Numbered from the whole stretch's first letter, positions 1 through 13,567 are shown. The stretch is DNA of 57,775 bases, filler included, from Sphacelaria rigidula (GCA_964200075.2; 8 parts of 8 records of this genome joined end to end with filler, not necessarily neighbours in it), one strand, 5' to 3'. Numbers and translations are program-made. Notes: a model not told the origin generated them from the sequence alone.

Positions 1-800
1 TGTTCCTGTTTCTATATGCGCGACCGCCAGTACTGTATCCGTTGCTTGAACCAATCATCGATGATGCGACAACCGCCCGTTCGTGACGGAAGCGCCTAGC
101 TTGACCGTGACACCAGCCCCGAGATCGGAACAGTACGGTCTTCCACAACCTCCCGCATTACAAAAGACCGACGCGTTGTGAGTTGTGAGTACAGTAATCG
201 TGTCGATGCGGAGAGACTCGAGAATCATCTCTGGGGAGAAAGGGGCGTGGTCGTTGTGGCGACCGTGAACGGCAAATGAGCGGGAAAAAACCGAATGTGT
301 GGACGCCATGGTTGGAGTTGGCGCGTAGACTCCCTGGTACTGCGTAGAGAGCGATGGTCTAGCAGAGGTACGTTCTCGGTCGATCGATGGCCCAGAGAAG
401 GTACGATTGAAAAATAATTCCTAGATCAGGTATACCTCGGCGAAATGTGGCCTGCAGAAGATAGCGGTTTCTGGAGGCGAAATGTCCGTTTTCGCGTGAC
501 CATATCTGTCGAGCAACATGTTTTTTTATCCGTTTTTTTTCGAGTCCCGGGTGCTAATGCCCCCCCCCCGAATGATGTGCGTGGAAAATCCGGAGCGAGA
601 ACGGTCAAGATGGAGTGTTTGGCTGTTTCGCGTTTCTGGCCATTTTTCGTACCTTTCTTGGGCAAAAAACGAGGAGGTATACCATTTCTAGGCCACTGAC
701 CATGAAATTATGTATGGTACGAATCTTGATTCATACCTTCCCGACCTCCCGCCGGGTTCACATGCAGTGCATAGCCTCCCACTCCGCCTACTGGCCCTCC

Positions 801-1752
801 AGCATCGAACAATGCGCCGCAGATGCGTGTGTGATGCGTCTTGTAGAAGATGGCGTGGTAACAATGGTGGTTGTCGTGCATGTAGATGACATATTCTCTA
901 TCGAGCGCAATAACAGGTGTGACCAGTTTGGTGGGGACCTCAACCGGTATATCCTCATTACTAACGTTGGAGAGCTTCGCTTATACGCTGGCTGCGTATT
1001 TTTACGCGATCTCGCCTTGGGCACTTATACGATTTCCCAGCGAGCAATAGCTGAAAACATTGTGGCGAAGTTTGGTGTCACTCGCAGAAAGGAAGCTCCC
1101 ATCGTCGTTGGCTTTAACCTTAATATGTTTGACCCAACTGAACCCGATGCAGAGGAACCGCTTCGATAGATGGTAGGGCATTTAATGTGGCTTGCTACCC
1201 AGACCCGCCCCGATATCCTCAACGCGGTATGTGCCGTGGCGAGGTATATTCACACACCGAAACTTATGCACTGGAAAACAGACTTGCATGTTTTCATGTA
1301 TGTTGAATTCGCGAGTAACTACGGTATCACTCTTCAGCGGGGTACGGCGGGTGGTGTTACGCTGGATTTATTTTTGGATTTGGATTAGGCGAGCAAATCT
1401 ACTGTCCGAAGGTCTGTGTCGGGCGGCGTGGTGATGTGTGCCGGTGCTTGCTTGTCGTTTTTCTTGAGGGCGCAGAAAAGTGTCATGTTGTCCGTGATGG
1501 AAGAAGAGTGTGTTTCGATGGCAGAGGGATTCAAGGGGGCGTTCTTCCTCCGTTACAACTGGAGTTTCGTCTTCCGGGGTCGTGACGTAGGATGCACCAC
1601 GGCTCACGATGACAACAAAGGCGCGGTACATTTGGCAACTAATCCAGCCACCAAACCAAACCCAAAGCATTTCGACATTCGCCACCACTTCCTTCGCGAA
1701 CGGGCGGTGAACGGGGAGTGTAGGGTGGTTCATGTGAAGTCGGCCTTGCAAC
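801..1752 (+). mobile_element. Degenerate Ty1/Copia pol fragment (RT C-terminal half plus RNase H)
   Basis: ORFs 615-1169, 1170-1388 and 1416-1796 share one frame broken by two TAG stops. Motifs: VVVVHVDD, TISQ, VGHLMWLATQTRPDI, RRSVSG, DNKGAVHLATNP, KHFDIRHHFLRE. Confidence 0.93.
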
Positions 1753-3234
1753 CCTCATTTCCAGTCTGGATTTTTTTTTTTCCCGTTGTTGGTTAGCTTT
1801 GAGTCCAGTACATATCTGGCCACAACTTCTCCCATCACCTGCCTGCTCTCCTCGCCCCCGTCGGTACAAGCGCGTACCTTACTTGAATGTCTTCTTGTCA
1901 ACAGCCTGGACGGAAATTTTGAACGACCAGCAACCTCAAATTTGAGTCACCACGTTTTTCAAACCACAACGCTTAGCCATTTGACTTATGTTCCCAGGTT
2001 CTGACCGCCGATACCTACGTTTCGTTCATGCGGGGTTGTGCTGCCATGACTTGGAATTACTTGCACAACCGTGTGGGGGCAGACTGTGGTCAAACGTTTT
2101 GTTTTGCTACAGACAGCACACGGTACAGTGGTGTAAAAGTTGTGTGTTTTATGGTGTGGTATGCAATGCTCCGGTGGCTCTTGAACCGAAGAAAAGGTTT
2201 CGTGACCGGATAGTCAAGAAAAGAATGAACACTTTTCGCTGAATGGAAGGCGCGCTTTCCCCCTCACATGCCAATGCACGTCCACACCGCACACATAACA
2301 GCCCCATGAAACAGTACCATGGTAGAACCGAAAATGCCGCCAAGAGCAATTCTTTTCCCGGGAACATTGTCACGAGAATCACGTGGCAACCATTGATTTT
2401 GGCAACCAACTCGCGTAAACTTACTCCCTTTTTTCATCAAAGATAGTCGTATTTTGCCTATTCTGTGATGAGAGGATGACGTCGTGGATTATATTCATCC
2501 TTCGGTGGTTATCCAACAGCAATAGATATCGTAATTTTGACTGACGGGTGAAATGGATACATGAATAGTAAAAACACTGATGCGGGTTTACTAGTAAATA
2601 CTGTGCAGGTGTTGTTCGCTGCCACTAAAGAGAATTTGTAACAAAAACGAATGATTCTGCGGTGGTCATCGCTGGCATTATGGTTGGATGATGCATCTAT
2701 GAGTGCTACGATCAGATTATAGAAGTTGGACATGATATGAAATGTAGTTCAAGAGTTCTTCCTCGATAAACGTGAAGTGAGTGATGATTGTGTGACATAT
2801 GACTGTACGGAGCCTTGGGCTTCTTGTCCGCAAGCAAATCGCCCAAGATCAATGTCCTTCCTCTCCGACAAACAACACTATTGAGAGCAATGAAGCCCTT
2901 CATCAGGGTTTATGGCTCAACTCCGGCTGCACTTTTTGGGTGTTCCAGTCCTCGCCAAGCCAGACATTTGAGTGAGAGATCGGCTGGCCTTATGAGTGTA
3001 CCTTGCAGTTTCTCTTCACTCCTACTTCAATTTGAGCCGAGTTCAGCTCTCTTCGAGGCAGGCGCACGCAGGAGTCAAGGCCATGTTTGACTGACTTGCC
3101 ACGAGCAACGACAGTAAAGCAACTGTTGTATTAGTTCGGGAACTCGGTATCCACTGCAGTTGAAGAGAACCCCCGGAGTTCTCGCTTGGGCAACCAGAGA
3201 GCATGGCAGCCTGTCTGCAGTTTTCCCGGCCATC

Positions 3235-3885
3235 ATACGAGCTGATTCAGATTGAATGTCCGAAATTTATTCCCCGGCATTTCTCACGCTGTTTGTTCAA
3301 CTTAGACCACGAAAATTTGCATACATGTACCCGAGGGCACCATCTAAAACTCGAAGACCGTTTATTTTGTTCTGAGGCATTCTGTACCGGATTCTGGGTC
3401 TTTATGCTGGGACCCGCGGATACCGGTACAGCACGTAGAAACGTTGAAATCTTGCCAATTTCACGATTTTTCCATTTGGAGCATCAATACCTACAGAACT
3501 GTCAAGTTTGAGGATGATCTGAGCTTTTCTACAACAAATAAAAGGGAAATCGTCACGAGGCGGCGTGGGTCTTTCGTACGGATCATGAGTGGAGAAGACG
3601 ACTCCAAAGCTCCACATCACCGAAACATTACGGTTTAGGGCAAAATTCGACCCCGTTCAACACTGTCTCTCCCGTTAGATTCCCAAGCTGATGGCAATTA
3701 CTACGATTTGAACCATGTGGATATTCGGTGGAAATTGAGCTTGAAATTCGTGTTTTCGATTTCGGAACAATTTGAAGGGCGCTGATTGATCCGGACATAC
3801 TTTTGTCCATAGCGCCACCGCTATAGCGTTGAAAAAAGTCTGGCTATGTCACCCTTTTTGTCTGTTCATTGTGGTCAGTTCCAAT
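3235..3885. repeat. Non-autonomous DNA-transposon-like dispersed repeat
   Basis: 3365-3880 is a diverged reverse complement of ~39505-40050. 3240-3360 matches 40430-40510 (direct) and 40630-40755 (inverted). No coding capacity. Confidence 0.75.
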
Positions 3886-6199
3886 TTTGAAATTGGTTGT
3901 TGTCTCAGGCTATTCCAGATTCGGCATAGGATTTCTGTGACAGAAAACTGTCTCGTTTTTTTCAGAATACTTTGAAAAAAGCAAGCAGAACTTTTCGAAA
4001 AAATTATCAAAACGTGGTCCCATTATGGAGTACAGGGTACTACACTGAACACAGCACAATTCTACGGTGGTTTTTAGAACCTGAACACGGGTTGTATACA
4101 GTATGCATCAGCTGCTTTCTCTTGTTGCAGTAGCCACGCGTGGGAGACACACTCCACGCGCACAGCTCCCACAGAGAGATGCGCACAACTTTATCTCCCA
4201 GAACTTCGCCGAGTAAGCAAGCATGGACCCATCGGCGGGTAGTACGTACCCAGCGCTGTCCAGCACGGTGGCTGTCACTCGCAAGGTGCGTGGGTGTTGT
4301 CGCACCGTCGAAACGCGGACCGTCTACGATCAAGAGCAGCAGCAGCAGCATCGGCACCGGCTGATTCATACCCACCCCCAGCCGCGTACATTTACTGGCA
4401 ATATAGATGCTGCTGATACTGCTGCTTCTCGTGCGGGAGGCGGTCCGCGTTTCGTCGTGCGACATTACGCATGCACCCGGCACGTTACGTTATATGCCGC
4501 TGATACTGCTGCATGCTTATGCTTACAGAAACAGCCAAGTGATCGGAAGTTTCCCCTGTTTTATTTATCGCTTGACCGTTTTCCTCTCACGCATTACACT
4601 TGCATGGTGTGTTGGCTATTTCGTCTCAAGTCAAACGAACAAGGCGCTTCCCACACTCATCATTTCTATGCTGTAGTTGTCGCTGTGCTGTCGTGCATCT
4701 AAGTACTCTACGACGATCACGGTGCGATGTGCGCTGGAGAGTGCCTGAACAATTGTAGTGCTAGACAAGCAGTTATGTCTAGATCAAAGCCCAGATCTGT
4801 GCACAGGTAAACAATCCGGCCGTTCTGAAAGTGGACGTTAGTCCAGTATCTCTATAGTGCTGCGGACAAGGCGCAATGAGGTAGCACAGCGCCGACACAA
4901 CGAGCCACGAAAACCGACGCATAGACACCCACCACTCACGCGCATTGTTCAACCGCTGGCTCATCATCCACACAAAACAGCCTTTGTTTGACGGAAATCC
5001 GTCCAGTATTTGGCGCGATGCGAAGCAGAGCAAATTATATGATACCATATTTGTGCATACTGGCTGGGTATTGCGTTCGTCATCTGTCGGGGAATGAATT
5101 TAAGGTATTCAATCTGAACCAGGCTGTTTTTTTCTCGAAAGGACTGTCCTGACCGGTCGTTGATGTACTTTTGATATCTAGACCACCGGGGCCCCAAGCT
5201 TGTGTGATTCCAATTCCAAGAAGACCCGAAAGGTTCTTGCGGTGAAAATATGCCAGGGTGGCAAAAGTACCGCGTCATGGTGCAATCATTAAAAATTGTT
5301 TCAAATCTTGTGCCCTCTTTATTTCGGCTACTCTCCAGTAATTATAGATGCTGAAGTTGTCCGCAAGAACCCCAAGAAACGTCAACGTCGTCCTTCCCCG
5401 CCCCGTCGTTCCCTCTGAAGGAACAATAACGAAAACGTGCGATGCCGCGGTGCTTGCAACGGCGGCCGGATCGGTTATCTCGTGGTGAGTGCTAAACGCA
5501 TTGGATTGTACGCTTTTGGCGGAACGATACGTGTTCCGTTTTGAATTCATGTACACTAGCGCTTCGCTTATTTCTCACGAATAGATCACCCATCCACGCG
5601 ATAACCCGAGTGTTAGCTCGCACTATCCTCACGGCACTTGTACAGGGGCGAGTAACTGTGCATCAGGAGGGGCACCCTTCTCAGTGACTATGTCTGCAAA
5701 TGTTAGTGAAACACATTCCAGAGGACGAGAAACAGAGCAAGATTACACGACTGGATTCGGTACGTCGATTGACGACCCTATGTTGGTGCTCTCCACCCAA
5801 TCACAGCTATTTGCACACGCAAAGTTTCCGGAACAAATCATGGCGCCTCAGAGCTTTGGTGCAGAAGAACGAGTTGGGACACTATTGCACTTGGAAATAG
5901 CTTACGCAGAATCGGCCCATCGTTTGTAGAACCAAGCTCTACACAATTGTTAACAGGCTTCGAATTTCTGCTTGAGTGAACGTTTACAACTATTTCTCGA
6001 CAGTTAAGTTCGAATCTGTCTGTATGCGGCGTTGAACTGGCGTTCGAATATATTGCCGTCCCCTTGGTTCGTTTTGCCCCACCCTCCCCCGCCTCTCGTT
6101 CGTGCGAACGTGTAATCACGCCTCCCTTCCAGGTATGCATGCAACCGCGAAATAAAACGAAAAAGGGATCTTATTGCAAACGCTTTCCGGTCGAACGGG

Positions 6200-6620
6200 A
6201 TCTTGAACGTTGATGAGGCACCGGATGAGGAGCCCTGACAATCAAGAAAATAAGATGTACAGACTTTGTGCTAGCACGTCCTGGCGCTTTGTTTCTCGTT
6301 GCTCTGCAAGAGTCGCTCCGTGGAGGATGGAAGACAATTTGTTCGGGTCTCACCCCTTATGATATATGGATGTGGGGGCGCAGGGGTGGTGCAACATCGG
6401 AGAAGACCGACGAGACGTTTATCAGGATTGGCTCCTGTAATGGGAGTTGAGAGGGCTATGATGTCGTGAGGTTTTGTTCCGGAACACTTTTGGGGGGTGT
6501 CCGTCCCTCGCTCCAAGTTCCCGCCTTTTACAGCATTTTGTATAAGTTGTGTGCGTATCAAGGTAAATGTGCACGCTAGTCCCTGCCTGATCTTTTTGAT
6601 TTATGGTTGTATTTGTCACC
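6200..6620 (-). mobile_element. Possible LINE ORF2 relic
   Basis: Minus-strand RATRNKAPG resembles the K(A/S)PG(P)DG motif that precedes LINE RT. Frames are broken and no YxDD is seen. Confidence 0.3.
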
Positions 6621-7136
6621 AATTAAGAACAAAATAACGATTGTGTTGACATAGCGCGGCGGATGATGATCCATCAGCGGACTTGTCCCCTGGTTAGTCT
6701 AGTTGGAGCAGGGATTGCAGAGTGAGGCAGGGGATGGATAAATATTAGTCTTGGAGGGAAAAATCTCCCGTATATTGGGGCGTCGTCTCTGGCGATGCCC
6801 GTATACATGACAGGAGTATTGTCAGAATATTTGAACCATCAACTGCGGGAAAAACAGGCATTCACTGATACCGAACGTTCTCGACTGGATGGACACGCGA
6901 AACTCTCGAGCACGTCAGATGGCTTGGCAGAAGGTGTAAACCCCACAACATTAATTCATAACTTCCCTTTTTTTCCTACCCATAGATGAAAGTAGTTTCA
7001 TTCCATGACCAAACACGCACTGGGGGTTCCTCAAGTTTCGGTAGTTTATGGCATTCGAGTCATCCTACGATAGGGGGGGGGGGTATTTTGGTCCATTTGT
7101 TGCTCGAAATTTCGAGTCAGATCGTCATTGAAAACA

Positions 7137-7236
7137 NNNNNNNNNNNNNNNNNNNNNNNNNNNNNNNNNNNNNNNNNNNNTTAATTAATTAANNNNNNNN
7201 NNNNNNNNNNNNNNNNNNNNNNNNNNNNNNNNNNNN
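7137..7236. other. Artificial scaffold spacer N44-TTAATTAATTAA-N44
   Basis: Identical 100-nt block with stops in all six frames, recurring seven times. Confidence 0.99.
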
Positions 7237-7268
7237 AATGTAATCGATTGTCAAGAGTGTAGTATTTT

Positions 7269-7333
7269 GAATCGAACCCCCCTACTCAACCATCAGAAGG
7301 TTATGAGGTTACCAACCGAGCCACCGGGGCGAC
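7269..7333 (-). mobile_element. tRNA-derived SINE head (family 1, tRNA-Arg(TCT)-like)
   Basis: Reverse complement GTCGCCCCGGTGGCTCGGTTGGTAAC...CCTTCTGATGG...GGTTCGATTC carries Pol III A and B boxes. The same head occurs at 13482, 33032 and 36013. Confidence 0.8.
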
Positions 7334-7384
7334 AGGCTCATATAATTAAAAATACTACACTCTTGACAATCGATTACATTGTCA

Positions 7385-7500
7385 TGGAGTGTTCTGCGTA
7401 CAGTATCGACTATTGCGCCTATTGCAATACACAATAGATACTACAACATACTGAACGTAGTATATATCGACAATTTAATCTGTTGTCCAGGGTGTGAAAA
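7385..7500. repeat. Dispersed repeat (CTGCGTACAGTATCGACTATTGCGC...CCAGGGTGTG family)
   Basis: Direct copy at ~9145-9250; related fragments at 21990-22290. Confidence 0.65.
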
Positions 7501-8704
7501 ACCCTTGAAAATAAAACAACTAAAAATCCCAAAAAATCGTCTTCTTACAGATGAATCAAGAGAGGTAGGAACCTTTCCCCGATACACTTCGCTATTTCTA
7601 GTATCGTCCAGCGCATTCGAGAGCGCTCCACCCGCAGGATCTTTCGTACCCAGTCCTCGGGCTGAGTAGTCGCTGAGGATCGCATGTGTGGGTAGACACC
7701 AGGGTGAGAGTGCCCTCCCACCCAGGTAGTCTCGGACTTGAGTTGAGACAAGAGAGATGTTTTCTCGGCAAATGCCCGTCTGGACCATGCCGGATTGTTC
7801 CGAACAAAGCTCGATATCCGCCCTGCCGGACCATAACGCAATATTCGGTACACGTTTCGGTATGTGGTTTAGCATGCCAACCGAGGCTCCCCCACTTCCG
7901 CGCGTACACTATAGAACGTAACCTTCCAGAGATGCGCACATGAGCAGAAGGCTGAACACCCTCGACCAAAATAATATAGTCAATAGATCCAATGGACGAG
8001 ATATGTACTGGGTAGAGTATAGGGGCTATTGACCCGTCAACCCGAACCCGCCATCCCGGATCTGTCAACCCCGATATTGTCAGTCTCCAACCCCCAGTAC
8101 GGGCTATGGCCATGCTCCTCATCCTGAGCGTTGACACCCAACACCCACACTCTGTCACTTCGTATCCCGCCCTCTTATAACCCTCGCCTCTGCAAGGCCT
8201 ACCGGCTAAAAGTCTCATACACCGAGTGAGAAGCTGCGGCCTACACACTCACTCTCCTGCATGAGACCGCACTCGTCGTGCACGAGTACTATTTATATTT
8301 TGCACAGTGTGTAAGCGTAGGAAACAGCTCCTCATATATGCGCCGCGACGACTCTAGAGCTAGGTGACATCCCGCGACATTGCTTCATCGCAACCTCCAC
8401 AGTATTACAGTGTTGCAGTATTTCGGTTGTTGTTGTTGTCTTCATATTCAAAATCGTTCCGATATCTGTGCACTACTCTGTGCTGTGCATCTGGTGCGGA
8501 CGCCTTCCGCGGTCGAAGGCTACCTACCCAAGACAAAGTGTAAGGATATTGAGCGTTTCGGAAAATGTTCTCTCGTATGTTAAGAGTCGGAGTGGAAAAA
8601 CTTCAGAGTGGGCGCTGAAAAGTTCACAGCGGACGCTGATGTGACGGGGCTTGAGGTTGATTATTGTTGTCGCAGGGATTGGCCGCGGGTTGCCCCGCCA
8701 AATG

Positions 8705-8995
8705 TGCGATCGACCAGTGTACAGTTCAAAGATGGCGAGGGGCCTCATATCGGGAAATGGCTGCACTATCGCCATACTAACTCTAAATAATTAAATATAA
8801 TAATTAACGTGAAATTAATACACGTGCGGTGCCGTGCAGAAACTACTATCGCCATCATCCAGCGATCAGGGGGTACCCCCTCCCTCCTTTAACCCCAGAA
8901 TGAGGTTTTTGCGGCCTGGGGGGCGGTGGTGCAGCCATTTCCCGATATGGGCCCCCCTGAAATGCATAGGTCAGCGCGGCATTGACTGTACAAGA
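8705..8995. repeat. Imperfect inverted repeat, MITE-like
   Basis: GGGGCCTCATATCGGGAAATGGCTGCAC (8739-8766) pairs with GTGCAGCCATTTCCCGATATGGGCCCC (8929-8955). Confidence 0.65.
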
Positions 8996-11929
8996 ACCAG
9001 AGCGAGTCTGTGCTGTACCCTTCCCTGTGGCACCATACCATATCGTACACTACGCTGCACGGTACTGCGGTGCACTACACGGCACTGCAGAACTGTGCAG
9101 CGTACAGTACAGCATACCCTGGACAACAGAATACACAGTCGAAAAGTGTACTGCGTACAGTATCGACTATTGCGCCCATTGCAATAGACAATAGATTCCA
9201 TACTGTACGCAGTACATTTTTCACAACATAATTCATTGCCCAGGGTGTGCAGTACAGACATATGCAATGCGGAACCCTCTAGTACATTGCGGTACGGTGA
9301 GGCATAGCAATACCGCACAGACAGTACGGCAGGACTTCAGAACAACAGATCAAGCCGCATTGCAATGATTTTGCAACATGCCAGCCCCAAACGGTCGTGC
9401 AAGATGTCATGACCTCCAACGGAACGGCGACGCAGCCAGGCGCAGCACTGCTTGTGGGCTGTAGAGTACGAATCGTTGACCTTATTTTCTTCCTGCTCAG
9501 GCTGGTAACAGAGAGGTGCTTTACCCGCCGAGCACCTCAGTTTCACGTAGCACAAGTAAGCGAATGCTGATACCTTGGCGGCGGCAGGGAGGCCTTCTGA
9601 TAGCGATGCCCAGTGTTGCTACTTCGTGACTGGTCCACTGTATCCCCTCTGAACCGGAACATAAGCGGGATTTAGAAATTCCAGATATATAAGCCGGATA
9701 TGTACTGTCTGCCCCAAAGTAGGTCATTCAGTCACTGTGGGACGTCGGACAAGTTCGATATACCATCAGGTATAGCATTGAACGAAAAAAAACCGGAGGG
9801 TGGGGAGGAGATGGTTCGTTATTCATCCCCTGGTTGGGTTAGGGTTAGGGTTGGGAACCGAATCACCTCATCTTTTTCCATGAAATTCTTCCGTTTTGCC
9901 ACCTGGGAGGTATGCCCAAAAGCGGACATGCCTCGCCAGAAGATGGGAATGCTTTTGACCGGGTATTCAAAGTTGGGGTGGTGATTTTCAGAGACTTGTG
10001 CTGGGGTGGGACACATTCTTTTCATGGATGATCGCAAAAGCATCGATTTTGGCTGTTCGGTGTGAATGCGGCGAAACTGGTGAAAAAAAAAGTTCGACAA
10101 AAGAGTCACATGGGTCCAAGATAGACAGCTTTTTGTCCAAATCCCGCTTGTATTCCGAGTCAGAGGGAGTGATGAGCATGACAGTTGTGATGGATGTCCC
10201 ATCTTGCTTGTTCAGGTATATTGCAGTGTTGCTCCTTTTCAATATTATGGAGGCATTGTACTGAAATTATATTTCATTATCCGCGGCGTCAATTGAAGAC
10301 GGTTATATGGCCTAGCTATGGTGAGACCAGAGGGGCAGGCGTCCTTGAAAGAGAGATCTCCACATCAGCACGGATACCTGGCGCTAACAGACCAGCTCTT
10401 GCGCGTTTGACAGCCGAATGGGAAAGGATGCATACACCACGAATGTAGAAAGCATTATTTTTCACGATGTGTATCCGCGCGATGTAATACCCGACGGTGT
10501 TGACACTGTGTGTTCCTAGTGCCAGTACAACGAGTACGGTACATGACTGCACGATGCGCGCCACGCCTCGACAGGGACAGAATACCCGCGATCCATTCGT
10601 GAAAGAAAAACAAGTTGCAACTCGCTCTCTGTCGTACTCTGGAACCAAGTGAAATCTCTGCACAAGGGTGATCACGCGCCTGCGAGAGAAAGGTTAATGT
10701 CTCCACGTGGGAGCACACCAAGGAATAATATTTGATTGATTCTGACAGGAGAAAACTACAGCAACTGCCCCTGTCATTTTCAGACCGTCGTGGTAATGCC
10801 CACGCCAAGTCTGGCACTGTAAGGGAGGAGACGTTGCCCCCTGCCCGAGCAGGTCCGCAGTGGTCCTTGACAGAAGACACTCGTCTCCTTGGCTGCGTTG
10901 TGCGGCCGGGTCTTGCTCGGCACGACGTATAAAACTCAGGGGCATCTGTCTCTAATATATGGAGAACCTTAACTAGTGGTTACTTCCGGCCTTGGTGTCA
11001 GCCACAACCAACAGGGGGCCGATGTAAACAACGAGGATGGCAAGATCTACTCCTTCCTCGCCGCAGATTTCATATCGTTACCCTCTGGGAATGTCATCAG
11101 AAAGTGTTCTTGTTTTCGGAATCACTGCAGCACCGTCCATAATTATCCTTTCAAGCCACGCAGCGCACAATACGCGTTGGGTCGCCGCAACTGCTGCGTC
11201 AACACCCACCTGCGGCTTCAGTCCACACATACGTCAAGTTTCAGTATCATCAGACGCCTGGTCCACTATGTTGGGGCGCCTAATCTCCGAAAATACCGCC
11301 TCCATTTTATTGAAAAGGAATAACACTGATTGATTGTGAACTGGCCGTGACCATGGTGGGTGGGGGCGGCGTTTTTTTTTCGTTTCACTACGAAGTTTGA
11401 AGAGGTATATCGGTTCTTAGAGTGGAGTGCTCCAACCCGGACTCTGACTCTAAAAAGTGGACTCTGAAAAATTGTTTCATGTCGTCCGTACCATGTATGT
11501 TTGCTTCCTTTTGCACTCTGATGACTCTGAAATGCAAAATACGTTTTTCCGAAACTCCCTCGAAAATGACAGAACAAATAAAATCGGACACGGAAAAATT
11601 CACACAGACCTGATGCAGAAATAAAAATTAATTTATTAAAAAAGAATTAAACGAAGATATAAACATGCTAAGCTCATAAGTTCCGGTGCCGAAGGCGATC
11701 ATCCAGCCTACCACTGGGGGCAGGGCCCAATGGTCGACTCAACACCCGAGGCCAGACAGAAATGGAGCCAAAGTCAGGAACCAATATCACCAATTATAGC
11801 GATAAGAATCGCAGGGTTCTATCCTTGTACCTCTAGAGAGGGACGGCCATATGTACGAATATACTACTATACCCCCAACATCGGGGACCTGAAGAAATGA
11901 GTACCCGCTCCGCATTTCAAGAAAAAAAA

Positions 11930-12160
11930 CCCATCTGTACTCAATATTGAGCGACTTGCGGGCTGACAGATCATCGGGTGTCCTGCCACGTTTTAGCCCA
12001 GATTCTCAATCTTTGGTGTTTTCGGTCGATTGAGCCTGTCCCGATTGTATTCATGGAAACATGAAAACTTTTTTTCTCCGATTCCATGTACTCAGTGCAC
12101 TAGAGCAGAATGATTGTGTTTGACGGTCAATAACACCCTCCTGATAAACGGGGTATCTAC
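11930..12160. repeat. Dispersed repeat shared with a PP4R3 intron
   Basis: Diverged reverse complement of ~44293-44505. Confidence 0.65.
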
Positions 12161-12202
12161 TCATATCGCCCGATGACATCGGCGAGCACTGACTCTGGCA
12201 CT

Positions 12203-12253
12203 GGGGGGGGGGGGGGAGCGTACTCATTTGTTGCTTGCCTTAGTCATTTGACC
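12203..12253 (-). mobile_element. 5'-truncated poly(C)-tailed element, subfamily B
   Basis: G14-AGCGTACTCATTTGTTGCTTGCCTTAGTCATTTGACC is the reverse complement of the shared 3' end. No clear TSD. Confidence 0.75.
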
Positions 12254-12834
12254 CGGGGAGGAAGACAACCTGTCTTTTTCTACCAAAATTTATCGATGCT
12301 CCTAGCAAGTTCAAGGTTTATGCAAGAGTTTACGCGAGAAAAATCCACACTTATGTCGTGCCCATGTCGAACTTGGGGTACTAAAGGCATAAAATTCAGT
12401 GCGTGGCACATTCTTTCTATCGACTAAACAATTGCCATAATAGATACCCCAGCTAAATGGTACCGGCTTGTGAGGACCTGTTGGGAGCCCTTTTCGATCC
12501 ATTGCCCCGAGGAAAAGCCTCTACACATCTTTGGGTCAACACCAACACTATGATACTAAATATTTTCTCCAGTATCCCTGCTGGGACCAGACCCCACTAA
12601 TTAGGATTGAGGACCAAGTGTGCGCGCAGGGTCCATTCGTGAATCGGTATCATTCATATTCGTTTTCAAGTGAAGATGATGCCGGTTCACGATAGGCCTC
12701 TTCCACCCCCGGTTAGTCCACTCCTGCTCCCAGAAGGGATAATAGTGCCTACGTCGTGAGGCCAAATCGCTCGGAGAAATGCTTCCAGTAATAAGGCCCT
12801 TCGGAGCGATGGTCGCGGCGGCGATTATCATGAA

Positions 12835-13060
12835 AGTTTTTTTTTTCCCTTCTATTCTCTTCTCTTTGATGGAATGAGGAAACCTAATCCATCTCTTACC
12901 CCGCAAGCGGCTTCGTAAGCCGATTACCCGAAGGCTCGGCTAGACTGCCTTGCGGCAGTGATACGAGTCGTATTAAAGTGGCACAAGTGCACGCGCTGCC
13001 ATGCTCGTATGAGCTTCGGCCCAGTAGTTGTGTTATGATGGGATTCAGCAGCCTCAACCC
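12835..13060 (-). mobile_element. A-tailed non-LTR retrotransposon 3' end with structured UTR
   Basis: Homologous to 27685-27800. The T-run at 12837-12846 is the poly(A) tail on the minus strand. Confidence 0.6.
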
Positions 13061-13119
13061 CTTGAAAACATTTTCCCTTTCCCCCCACAATCGTGTGTTA
13101 GTTGGAGGTGTTCATTAAT

Positions 13120-13482
13120 TTGTTCAAGTGCCATGTGTCATCGTCCCATCTATTCTCGGCGCCAGTCTACACCTTTCGTTATCTGTGGGCGCACCGACCG
13201 GGGTCACACAGGAGGAAGGTCAACACGGGAGCTTCTTCTTCTTTATTCGTTATTGGTACCCCACCTTCCTTCTGCGGTGCTTGCCTTTCTTTTTTATCGC
13301 GAGAGGGGTTCAGTAGCCCTTTCCCCTCGTCGACCGCTGAGTCGAAGTTTGTGTACCCACGACACAGTCGCTCTCCACTTTTGGGCATGGTGTGGGAAAA
13401 AATCCCAGATCCATCTGAGAATTGAACCCACAACCCCGCCGTCGGAAGGTTTCGAGGTTACCAACTAAGCCACCGGGGCGAC
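13120..13482 (-). mobile_element. Full-length tRNA-derived SINE (family 1)
   Basis: A/B-box head at 13420-13482; the ~300 nt body aligns with the copy at 32684-33032. Confidence 0.85.
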
Positions 13483-13567
13483 CGGTAAGGTTTGTTTCGA
13501 AGTCAAAATTATGATAACTCACAGCGTGAACAAAACTATAAAATAGTGCACCCCTGACAGTATACCG

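Noticed and set aside
2460-3180. Stop-riddled plus frame with RWSS (hAT-like)
   Set aside because: Only one short motif; insufficient.
7181-7192. TTAATTAATTAA motif recurring every ~7.2 kb
   Set aside because: Artificial six-frame-stop linker inside N padding.
11225-11265. Minus-strand CTGATGA-TACT-GAAA resembling a minimal hammerhead core
   Set aside because: No plausible stems I and III. No other CUGAUGA...GAAA candidate seen by eye folded either.
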